Part shown: positions 21,640 to 30,246 of the stretch, piece by piece | Layout of the letters: the number at the start of each line of letters is the position of its first letter | How positions within the stretch are numbered: the first letter of the stretch is position 1 | Assembly (NCBI GenBank): GCA_963675495.1 | Contig: OY776215.1 | Coordinates: forward strand, 832,001-896,000 | From: an uncultured Methanolobus sp. | GTDB taxonomy: Archaea; Halobacteriota; Methanosarcinia; Methanosarcinales; Methanosarcinaceae | Direction of reading: 5' to 3' | DNA: 64,000 bases | Notes under the pieces: model-generated | Seen by the model: only the letters and a program-made list of their open reading frames with translations | Told to the model about the DNA's origin: nothing | Databases searched by the model: none | Program-made: the position numbers and the translations under genes

Positions 21640-21640
21640 T
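21624..21640 (+). repeat. att site (tRNA-proximal) of integrated element
   Basis: AATCTCTCCAGGGGCTT, 16/17 identical to 31460-31476. Confidence 0.9.
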
Positions 21641-21846
21641 GACATCACGGGGTTAAAAGCCCCCTTTTTCTTATATTGTAAGTATTATCAGTTCAAATAC
21701 CAATTATAAAAAAACAAAGGATGATTATTGAGAAAATTTTATGAAGGGTAGATTGTATTTTGGTTTGTATATTGTTATAGGCTTTTGGTTGAAATAAAAA
21801 TGTGGGATCATGAGTGATTCCACATTTTGTCCATGTTTTGTTTGTT

Positions 21847-23079
21847 TCAGGAAGAAGATGTTGGTACTGTCAATGGTATCCAGCGTATATCGCAATTTGC
21901 CGCATTTGTTTCTACTTTCCAAACATCATCTTTTCGCACAGGCATGGTAATTGATGCATACTTCATTTTCTTTGTTGGGTAAATACTATCAGCCACCACA
22001 AGTTCCATAGTGGAACCAGTGAAAGTGGAGCCTTCTACATATATGGTTTCTTTGTTCTTTTTAGGCATGTCAGTTGAAGATATATAACAAACAACAAATC
22101 CATCAGTTTCCGCTATATATTGACCACCTGCAACAAAGGAATCTTTGTCCCATTCTCCAAACTCTGGACTTTCGCCCTGTGGACCTTGCTCACCTTGTGG
22201 TCCTTGCTCACCTTGTGGACCTACTGGAATAGCAACTATTTGGTCTTGTAAATCATAAATACTATCCCATATTTCATAAATTGCCTTCCATAAACCACTT
22301 ATTTCTTTATCTGGATCAATGAAGTTGACGACATTGTAATTAATACCTGTATCAACAAATACAGAACTTGGGTAATTATTAATTGTGCCGAATGAATCCG
22401 GTTCTGCTGAAGTGCCAAGCGTGCAACTACTAATTAATATGCCATAATTGTTGATGATACCAGGGCCATAATCTGCATTATTGTTAAAAATGTTGTAATT
22501 TAGAATTGTGCCGGTATTATTTACAATTCCATAAGTATAGACATACATATAATTTGTAAAATTTCCATTGTTTTGAATCAATGTTTCACTAAAAATTGTG
22601 CCGTTGTTATTTAGTGACCCGTTTTCATAGTTATAAAGCATGCCATAGAAGTTAAATTTTTTATTATTGTTTATAATTCCGTAATTATGGAGACTTATTG
22701 TAGGCTCAATGTGTAGGAAATCGTTGTTCTCAAAAACACCAAAATTATAAAATTCACTTGATAAAAGCTCCATAGACCCATTGTTCAAAAATATACCGTG
22801 GTTATTCAGATTACCCACTATCATGAAGTGTCCGTCTGAACTGATTTCGAGCACCCCGTTCGGTTGGATGATAAGGCTACCTCCATTATTTAGTTCAAAC
22901 CGATCACCATGCACTATGAGACTTTCACCATCTTCAATTACAAGTGTGTCACCTGCGTTTATATACAGTTCATCACCAATATTAATTACACCTGGGTTTG
23001 TCAGATTTGTTGCGTTGGCAGTGCCTGCAAAAACAAGCATTAATGCTATTATTATAAAGAATAATCTATCCCTATTCAT
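21847..23079 (-). CDS. Secreted Asn-rich repeat / collagen-like fibre protein
   Basis: Signal peptide (..AGTANA), Asn/Gly-rich repeats, heptad segment, GPQGEQ repeats, small beta-rich C-terminal domain. Confidence 0.75.
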   Translation of the reverse strand: MNRDRLFFIIIALMLVFAGTANATNLTNPGVINIGDELYINAGDTLVIEDGESLIVHGDRFELNNGGSLIIQPNGVLEISSDGHFMIVGNLNNHGIFLNNGSMELLSSEFYNFGVFENNDFLHIEPTISLHNYGIINNNKKFNFYGMLYNYENGSLNNNGTIFSETLIQNNGNFTNYMYVYTYGIVNNTGTILNYNIFNNNADYGPGIINNYGILISSCTLGTSAEPDSFGTINNYPSSVFVDTGINYNVVNFIDPDKEISGLWKAIYEIWDSIYDLQDQIVAIPVGPQGEQGPQGEQGPQGESPEFGEWDKDSFVAGGQYIAETDGFVVCYISSTDMPKKNKETIYVEGSTFTGSTMELVVADSIYPTKKMKYASITMPVRKDDVWKVETNAANCDIRWIPLTVPTSSS

Positions 23080-23419
23080 ATTTATCACCATTTCATAATT
23101 ATTGAAAAAATATGTAAAAACATGTCCCCCTTAAAAAAATGTCTTTAAGTAAGTATATAAAATTATCCAAATGAACGTGTATTATTAAAAGTTATGAATA
23201 ATTCAAGCTCTGTAGAAAAACTACTTCTATTTTATTTTAGTATCACTATTTAAAAAGGATGACTCCCCTAAGGAATACTTATCACTAAAAGCACAAAGGG
23301 GATGAGTGTGTTTCGTCTAGTCAGTACTTAAATAATTGATTCATAAAAATCGCATTCAAAATCCTTCCTTCCTAAAAATAAAAAAAGATGCATTGCAAAT
23401 CAACGCATCAAAAACAAAC

Positions 23420-23668
23420 TTATCTAGAATTCTCACTTTTCAGCGATTCAAGTATTGAAAGAAGCTTAACACTCAACACCTCAAGATCCGAACCAAAGAG
23501 AGTGAAGTTCTCCCATCTGTTTGATTTCTTGTTGAACTTGGAGAACTGAAGCCATTTCACGCTTGAACCATCATCCTTTTTCTTTTCAGAGATTGAGACT
23601 GACGTATTTGCCAGGTGGATCTTTTCGCCTATCTGTCTAATTCCATATTCATTATATTCATTTGACAT
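23420..23668 (-). CDS. Small hypothetical protein, possibly PC4-like ssDNA-binding fold
   Basis: 82 aa; beta-strand pattern VSISEKK..VKWLQFSKF..WENFTL followed by a C-terminal helix. Confidence 0.6.
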   Translation of the reverse strand: MSNEYNEYGIRQIGEKIHLANTSVSISEKKKDDGSSVKWLQFSKFNKKSNRWENFTLFGSDLEVLSVKLLSILESLKSENSR

Positions 23669-24131
23669 TTTGAATTACCAATTAAACATTGAAATATCAA
23701 TACAAGAACATTTATAATTTCAATAAAAAGAGGACGCAAAAGTAATACAAAAACAATACTGTTTTTCACACTTGTCTACGATGCAGTAAATAATAGTCTG
23801 TTTCTTGGGTTTGGTTAGGATGTTCCTCACTTGCGCCCGCAGTGTTCGTCACATCATTTTTAGAGGGGAGTTTGGTATTTGACGGACAGAATTACTGCGC
23901 AACTCTGCCCTTTAAAGATGGTTGGTGCGTCAATGCGCCCTTTGGTCGCATTCACACTGAAAATTAGATTACTTGCAACTTACACTGACAGTTTGCAGGA
24001 CTTGCAGTCCCGGGGAGCAGAGTTTGTCGGCTCCCCTTCGTTCTAGTCTTGCTTTTGTTACGGGATTCTGCGAGGTGTAGCTAACTGGAAATATGCTCCG
24101 CATACTGTGGGGTTTCTGCGAAACCCCACTT

Positions 24132-24398
24132 TTACATATTGAAAACTTGAAAATGCCGGAAAGCATTTATGTTGTTTTCAAAGTGCTCACATGCTATGTC
24201 ATATGATTTCCAGGAACATGCATTCCCTAGAATTATATTCTTCAGTACTATATCGGGATGTAGATCACAGGATTGTGTTTCAATGAAAGATTGAACATTA
24301 TATGATGTCAATGCACCTGTTCTTTGTTCTTTACGATATTGATTGATCCTTTTGTATAGCTCTTGTTCACTTCTTATGAGAGTTTTGTCTTCATTCAT
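24132..24398 (-). CDS. Hypothetical protein
   Basis: 88-aa ATG ORF with an upstream TATA-like sequence; no recognised motif. Confidence 0.55.
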   Translation of the reverse strand: MNEDKTLIRSEQELYKRINQYRKEQRTGALTSYNVQSFIETQSCDLHPDIVLKNIILGNACSWKSYDIACEHFENNINAFRHFQVFNM

Positions 24399-24799
24399 GC
24401 AAAGTAGTATGTATCCTGTATATATTCTGATGAGCCAAGTGAGGTGAAAGTAATTTGTTGAACCTCTGTTTCATGTAAAAAGAATTTATGCAATATTTGG
24501 GTTAAAAATCACGGTAAAATCGGGTTGCATGTCAACTGTGGCACACACGCCTTAATCGTGTACCTAAGGGAACATTGGAAAAAAGCCACGGGCGCCGCGA
24601 AGCGGCGCGAGTGCTGGGTAGGTTGGATATTTTGAAGGATAAGAGGATTTAGTAAAAACAGTAGCAAGAGATTTTTGTACAAAATAATTAATAGTACACA
24701 AGAAAAACCATTTTCCACTAGAAATGATACTGCACCTGTTCTAGCTGAAATATCTAAAAGAAATATCTTTTTTGTATATTGATTAATGTGCTACTATTC

Positions 24800-26530
24800 T
24801 TACCGTATATCAACTTTAATTCCTAATAATTTATATTCATCTGATTTATCAGTTAAAGTTAATACTTTGTGTTTTGTAATCATTTCATCAAATTCGCTTT
24901 GATTCATGTGTTTTCTAATTTCATCAAGTTGATTTTGATTCACAGTTGCAATGTATTGCTTTTTAGAATTTGAAAATTTATCGTTTATGACCTTGAACAT
25001 GTCAGCTATTTGCCTCTCGTCAATATCCGAAAAAAGTCTACTGTCATGAAAAACAAAATCTATTTTATGTTTGTATCCTTCAAATAATATTGTCAAGTCG
25101 TAGCAAAAAATCTTGACATGATTTATACCATCAGAAGCATCTGATTCAATTTTTGCATCAATATCAAATCGCAATTGATTTGTTCCGTTATTGGGATCAA
25201 TTGTAATGCCAGCTACACTATCTGGATAGAATGTTTTCGCAAGACTCCTAAAAAAGTTTCTTAATATGACAATATCATCTCCAATATCTTCTAGATACTT
25301 GTCGGTAGTTTCAGCAGATTCCATAAACTCTTTTTTAATTTCTCTTTCTTTGGAGCTGCACTCCGCTTGTAGCAATTGATATTTTTTAATGTTTTCTCTT
25401 TCTAGCTCATATTCTGCTTTCTTACTATTAAGACTAACAAAAAGATCAAGTGCTTGATGGTCACCTAGATATTTCATAATACTATCGAGTTCTTTTTGCA
25501 ACTTCTCTATTTTCTTTTCTTTAGTTTGTATTTCTAATTTCAATCTGTTTTGCTGCTCACTTAATCTTCTTTTTCGATTTGATATCAACTTTTCATAGAA
25601 TTTTTCTAATTCGTCTAACTCTTTGACTAACATTTCGGAGAATTGTATTTTTGATTCTTGATAAACATTTAATATACTATTCTTGGACAAATCAGGTGAG
25701 AAATTTAAACTATTATTTACTTGTTCTAGATTATTTTGTAAAAGTATAATCTTATTATTTAGTACAAATAGTTCTTTTTCTACTTTATCTGCCTTCAGTT
25801 GGATATCTCTATAATCTTCTGCCACTTCAAATGTTTTTAAATTATCTTCCAATTGATTGATTCGGTCTTCTAATTCTACTAGTGTCAAAGCAGCATCTTT
25901 ATTCCCGGTAAAGAAATCTTTTAATAATGAATCATTTTTAAAAGTTTTCTTCAAATTATCCACAGAGTCTAATTCTTTTTTAAGCTCTGCTTTTTTTTGT
26001 ATCAGAGAAACATCTAATCCTAGTAAAAACGAATTGTACAGTAATGTCTGGTATTGTTTTCCAGTCTTTGCCGGTTGATCAAAATTTACATAAGATTCTT
26101 TTTTCGGTCGAACAAAAAAAGGAATTAAGCTTCTGAAAGAAAGATAAGAAATATTTTCAGGAATAACAAAACACAAAGAATCCATCTTCTTGTTAAATTT
26201 TAGAACCGACATTAATTCATCATTTAACACTATATCCTTTGGATTATTTGTAGTTCTTTTAACTGTATACGTTTCATTGCCTACCTTAAAATCAATGAAG
26301 AATTCCCAATCTTCTAATTTTTCACAAAAATCATTGTATCCTTTTTCAGCAGCTCCAAAACAAAAATGAATTATGCGGACTAAAAGAGATTTTCCTACTC
26401 CATTATAGGTTTTTCCTTTGTCATTGGATTCTGGATCATCCTGTTCTGCGACAATAAAGCTAGGTCCAGTTACATTAAATTCAACTGTCCTGAAGCTTTC
26501 TTTGTTCGAATAAACTTTCAACAAATGCAT
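24800..26530 (-). CDS. lmuB: Lamassu / ABC-3C SMC-like ATPase (DUF2326 type)
   Basis: Walker A TYNGVGKS, long coiled coil, DASDG signature, FVFHDSRLFSDIDERQ Walker B/D-loop, QYIATVN. Confidence 0.88.
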   Translation of the reverse strand: MHLLKVYSNKESFRTVEFNVTGPSFIVAEQDDPESNDKGKTYNGVGKSLLVRIIHFCFGAAEKGYNDFCEKLEDWEFFIDFKVGNETYTVKRTTNNPKDIVLNDELMSVLKFNKKMDSLCFVIPENISYLSFRSLIPFFVRPKKESYVNFDQPAKTGKQYQTLLYNSFLLGLDVSLIQKKAELKKELDSVDNLKKTFKNDSLLKDFFTGNKDAALTLVELEDRINQLEDNLKTFEVAEDYRDIQLKADKVEKELFVLNNKIILLQNNLEQVNNSLNFSPDLSKNSILNVYQESKIQFSEMLVKELDELEKFYEKLISNRKRRLSEQQNRLKLEIQTKEKKIEKLQKELDSIMKYLGDHQALDLFVSLNSKKAEYELERENIKKYQLLQAECSSKEREIKKEFMESAETTDKYLEDIGDDIVILRNFFRSLAKTFYPDSVAGITIDPNNGTNQLRFDIDAKIESDASDGINHVKIFCYDLTILFEGYKHKIDFVFHDSRLFSDIDERQIADMFKVINDKFSNSKKQYIATVNQNQLDEIRKHMNQSEFDEMITKHKVLTLTDKSDEYKLLGIKVDIR

Positions 26531-26763
26531 TTTTTTATTACACCGTCCTGCTCAATAACGGCCCCTATGGAATAGAGAAAAACGATTGTGAGTAAAAAAC
26601 TATCAAAATTATGCTTCGCATGATATATTTTATTTTGATAATCATTCTGATATTTATCCCATAAATTATCAATAGGTTTTGATGATTCTAATTGAGTCAA
26701 AATGTAGCTGCCAAAACCCAGCAAAGATTCTGAAAAATTAGTGTGCTTAGTTGGAAGGATCAT
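26518..26763 (-). CDS. lmuC: Lamassu / ABC-3C middle component
   Basis: 81 aa MILPTKH...SLLG...FLYSIG; overlaps both neighbours. Confidence 0.82.
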   Translation of the reverse strand: MILPTKHTNFSESLLGFGSYILTQLESSKPIDNLWDKYQNDYQNKIYHAKHNFDSFLLTIVFLYSIGAVIEQDGVIKKCIC

Positions 26764-27671
26764 TACATTTCTCCTTTGAGAGGTTCTTCAAATATATCAC
26801 ATGTTTCAAAATACTTTGCCATAATTACAATAACTGATATTTCATATATTTGTTCTGCTTTTGGACTTGCACATTTAACAATTGCCCAAAATAATTCGTC
26901 CCCACAACTATTCTTTTTTTCTTGGATGTAGATTTCATTCATTTTATCCCGCAAAGAATCTGCAAGGAAATCACTATTATTTTTCAAATAATTTTCTAAA
27001 GAATGCAACTGAATGCATCCATTGTTAAGGAATCTAGACACATATTTAGATAGATTGTTAAACTCTATTTTTTCATCCCAATCTGGCAATTTTACTTCAG
27101 GCTTATCATCTTTTGGTAAAGGTAATGTCATTATATATGAAATTATTTCGCGGAGTATTGAGTAATCTAATTGTTTTATCTTAGCAGGATCAGGAATAAA
27201 TCCTGCTATCATTCCTATCTGATCATCAGCAAGCTCAAAAAGCATATTTTCAAGGTCTTTTGCAGTCATAAATCCTGCATAATCAAGATTATGTGATGTC
27301 CTTATGTCTTGAATTATTTTTTCAGAGTCAGGATTTACACCTTTGTACTTGTCATTGACTACAAAATAAAATTGTTTTACTGGTCCCCATTGTTTATTTA
27401 AACCTGCGAAATCTGTTTTTAGTTTATTGACAATGTCTGTGTAGGATTTTCTTATATCCTCAGGAGCAAATACCTGAAAATATATGCATTTAGATTTTAT
27501 GTAACCATCATTTTTTCTGTCACCGATGTTTCCCCATGGCTTTATCTGCTGAAAATCTGGTTCTGTATAATTCATAATTGCACTGAATATATCTTCAAAT
27601 ATTTGTCCATCAGCTTTTAAGATTTTGTTTTGAAACAAATATCTAGTTAATGTTCTTTCTTGAACGTCCAT
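26763..27671 (-). CDS. lmuA: Lamassu effector: PD-(D/E)XK-type nuclease with ABC-3C C-terminal domain
   Basis: FEDIF...PWGNIGDRKNDGY...YFQVFAP nuclease-like core; KIEFNNLS and YFETCDIFE C-terminal motifs. Confidence 0.82.
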   Translation of the reverse strand: MDVQERTLTRYLFQNKILKADGQIFEDIFSAIMNYTEPDFQQIKPWGNIGDRKNDGYIKSKCIYFQVFAPEDIRKSYTDIVNKLKTDFAGLNKQWGPVKQFYFVVNDKYKGVNPDSEKIIQDIRTSHNLDYAGFMTAKDLENMLFELADDQIGMIAGFIPDPAKIKQLDYSILREIISYIMTLPLPKDDKPEVKLPDWDEKIEFNNLSKYVSRFLNNGCIQLHSLENYLKNNSDFLADSLRDKMNEIYIQEKKNSCGDELFWAIVKCASPKAEQIYEISVIVIMAKYFETCDIFEEPLKGEM

Positions 27672-27961
27672 TCTATTGCACCTATGCTGAATTATGGAAC
27701 CGTGTAATCTGTATTATGCAGTTTACTTAAAAACAATACACTATTATCAAATATACTTCTATATAATAAATAATGATAATTTCATTTTTAAGCTGCCGAC
27801 ACAAATTTTATCTGAAGGTTTATACTATGAACTTAAACTTAAAATTTGCGATTTCATTCATAAGCACATCAAAATGGCAAGAGTTTATAATAATGCAATT
27901 TAACTATGAATATTTACAATTATGTGTTCTATATATCTTATTTTTTGATAGCTCACGCTCT

Positions 27962-29407
27962 TCAGATTACTCTGCTATACCTCATAGTATTGTAATTTGA
28001 CCTGACTGCAATACCACGCCAAATTCCAAGTTCTTTGAACTCTTTCGCTAGCTGTTTAGCCTGTCTGTAAGTATCAACTACAATAGGTTCTTGGTCAGGA
28101 GTGTGGCGAGACTTAATTAATTTCAGGTTCTTTTTACGTTCCTTGAAAGGACGGATTACTCCGGAATCTACGAAGACGTGGCCGAATATCTTTTTGAAGC
28201 CTATGTTAAAGTCTGAACAGAAGTTGATGAGAGGATCTTTTGCTTTTTCCCATAGGCGTTTAGTTTTGAAGAATACCTTTGTGCAGTGTTCGCGGGCTGT
28301 GTCCAGGGTACCTTCGGATTTCCAGTAATTGATGTAGCGCCATAGGGAACGCTCGGGGATTTCTGTTTGTTCCTGGATGTCTCGGAAGTCTGCGCATCCT
28401 TCAGATTGAAGGGCAATGAATGCCAGGGCTTTAATGGCCTGCATGTTCTTGCCAAAGTCGATGTTCTCATCTTGAGAAGATTGATTATTATAGTTCCATT
28501 TTGGGAGATCATAGCGATATTCAAAGACCTTTTCAGCATCGAAGTAATTGTCTGATACGTATTCTATGGGAGAGATGAAGTTAAGAAGGGAGAACAGGAG
28601 TTTATCGAGGTCTTTTTTCAGGGAGAGGAATTCATTGATAGAGGGATTTTGTTTTGAATCGGATTTGAGGAAGACCTCAAGTTTTGGGTGTCTTAGGGGA
28701 TCTTCTGGTCTGCGGTCCAGGAAGTTTTTTATACGGTAGGATTTGACGCTGTGTTGATATTCGGTTTTTATGTTGCAGGCGGAGAAGTCGGGATTATCCA
28801 GTTTGTACATGTCGTATTTACCGGACCTTAGATTTTTGACAAGTTTTGAATCTCCACGCATGGAGGATTCATATTCTATTGCCTGGAGCATTGTTACCAG
28901 GTCATGTTCGTGTCGTTCATGACAACGTATGTGTCTGGCCATCTGGTATATTGTGGACCTTGAACGGTCTATCATGTGGCGGAAGCGTGAAGCTCCCAGA
29001 AAGTCCATGAATTCAAAGATGATGTCAAAGTGTTCGTCAAGGTCGATATAAGAGGACTGGATATGAATTTGAGTTCCTATTGATGGAAGGTTAAGGATCT
29101 TTCCTGATTTTGTTTTTGTGCCTGCTCCAAATAGGGGTTTTATGGTGTAGGTGCATTTTGATGCTCCTTCTTTATCGGTCCATTGGAGCATGTACTCAAA
29201 GGCGAGTTTCTTTGTTTTGGGATTGTAGAGGCCGCCTTGTTTGGGCCAGAACTTGAAGTTACGGTCACCTATCTTGATATGATGGTTATAGCTATCAGTT
29301 ACATTGTTAGAGAAGTAACTGACAACTGTATAATAGAAGTCCAGGTCTGTTATATGTAAATAACAGCCGAACTCATGGGTGACGGGTTCCGGGAACTTAT
29401 GAACCAT
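27962..29407 (-). CDS. Putative replication initiator resembling the conserved betapleolipovirus/haloarchaeal-plasmid protein, with C-terminal wHTH
   Basis: Recalled motif series HEF, GGL, EY, IKP, ARHIR, VKSY, DPLRHPKL; HTH RDIQEQTEIPERSLWRYI. Confidence 0.6.
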   Translation of the reverse strand: MVHKFPEPVTHEFGCYLHITDLDFYYTVVSYFSNNVTDSYNHHIKIGDRNFKFWPKQGGLYNPKTKKLAFEYMLQWTDKEGASKCTYTIKPLFGAGTKTKSGKILNLPSIGTQIHIQSSYIDLDEHFDIIFEFMDFLGASRFRHMIDRSRSTIYQMARHIRCHERHEHDLVTMLQAIEYESSMRGDSKLVKNLRSGKYDMYKLDNPDFSACNIKTEYQHSVKSYRIKNFLDRRPEDPLRHPKLEVFLKSDSKQNPSINEFLSLKKDLDKLLFSLLNFISPIEYVSDNYFDAEKVFEYRYDLPKWNYNNQSSQDENIDFGKNMQAIKALAFIALQSEGCADFRDIQEQTEIPERSLWRYINYWKSEGTLDTAREHCTKVFFKTKRLWEKAKDPLINFCSDFNIGFKKIFGHVFVDSGVIRPFKERKKNLKLIKSRHTPDQEPIVVDTYRQAKQLAKEFKELGIWRGIAVRSNYNTMRYSRVI

Positions 29408-29444
29408 GTGTTTGCAAGAGCTTATTTTGTCTCACAACTTTGCA

Positions 29445-29648
29445 TTAAAAACTATTATTTTTGTTCGGTTCATAGGGTTGAATTATGGCATGTAATCCAT
29501 TTTCATCCATGTATAATTCGTATTTTACGCAGTCAATTACTAGACTCCCATCAGGATCAACAATACCCAAAGCAAAAGCAACTTTTTGGGGTAATGTTAT
29601 GTTCAGACGGCCACCGTTTTCCTTGATACGGTATCCTGTTTTTCCCAT
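29445..29648 (-). CDS. AbrB/SpoVT-like small DNA-binding protein
   Basis: RIKENGGRLNITLPQKVAFALGI matches the AbrB pattern. Confidence 0.65.
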   Translation of the reverse strand: MGKTGYRIKENGGRLNITLPQKVAFALGIVDPDGSLVIDCVKYELYMDENGLHAIIQPYEPNKNNSF

Positions 29649-29893
29649 TAGATCAAACCCCTTGACCTTTTGAGCTCATCCAGCGTTATTTCCCCACGTC
29701 TTACAGGTTCAAGAAGTTCATTCAACTTTTCTTTTGCGAGCTTATCGATTTTAAGCATCACTTTTTTAGAGGGAGACAAATGGTTTAAAAATTCATCATC
29801 AAAAGTACTATCGTCAATAATAGATTGCTTTAAAGATTTTAATTGTGTATTTATACGAAACATCTCCAGAGAGTTTCGTAAAAAAGGATGCAC
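29648..29893 (-). CDS. Hypothetical protein
   Basis: 81 aa, GTG start after AGGTG, TAATG coupling to the AbrB-like gene. Confidence 0.55.
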   Translation of the reverse strand: MHPFLRNSLEMFRINTQLKSLKQSIIDDSTFDDEFLNHLSPSKKVMLKIDKLAKEKLNELLEPVRRGEITLDELKRSRGLI

Positions 29894-29931
29894 AGTTGTG
29901 CACCTTCTGGAGTTTTCTTTTATTCTATTGC

Positions 29932-30112
29932 GGCTTCTCTTCTTTTTGGCTATCTTTATTATCGGCTTTTTATTCTAGGCTTTATTATTGGCATTTTCTT
30001 TTTGGCTTTTCATTTTGGGATTTTTACCCTTTCTTGTCTTCGCCTTATTTTTTGCCTTTCTTATTTTGCCTTTTTCTCTCGCCTTTCTTATATTAGCCTT
30101 CTATTTTTTGCC
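29932..30112. repeat. Mirror-arranged array: 6xGGC, GGG/CCC, 6xGCC separated by T-rich spacers
   Basis: Read directly from the sequence; triplets recur every 12-16 nt. Confidence 0.8.
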
Positions 30113-30174
30113 TTTGGTTCTTATTCTTCATATCCTTTGAAGATAACCTTTTTTACAAGAGTACCTTGAACCTA

Positions 30175-30192
30175 TAGATATATAAACTTTTC
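30175..30192 (-). promoter_or_regulatory. BRE/TATA promoter of the ORF81-abrB-rep operon
   Basis: Minus strand GAAAAGTTTATATA matches the archaeal BRE-TATA consensus. Confidence 0.55.
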
Positions 30193-30246
30193 TAATTTTC
30201 ATACGAAGAGTGCTATTATGTCTCGCAAACCGTGCTATTTATCATC

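Noticed and set aside
21847-23079. Pleolipovirus spike protein call for the fibre protein
   Set aside because: No C-terminal membrane anchor and no adjacent matrix-protein or NTPase genes
23969-24166. 65-aa minus-strand ORF (also 24509-24718)
   Set aside because: Runs through hairpin-rich DNA, no RBS or protein-like motif
29932-30112. Possible CRISPR or mini-array
   Set aside because: Conserved unit is only 3 nt with a 12-16 nt period; no cas genes in the window
29845-30169. Phe/Leu-rich + strand ORFs (83-102 aa) that look like membrane proteins
   Set aside because: Several frames are open because the strand is T-rich and A-poor; opposite to all element genes; better explained by the non-coding GGC/GCC array
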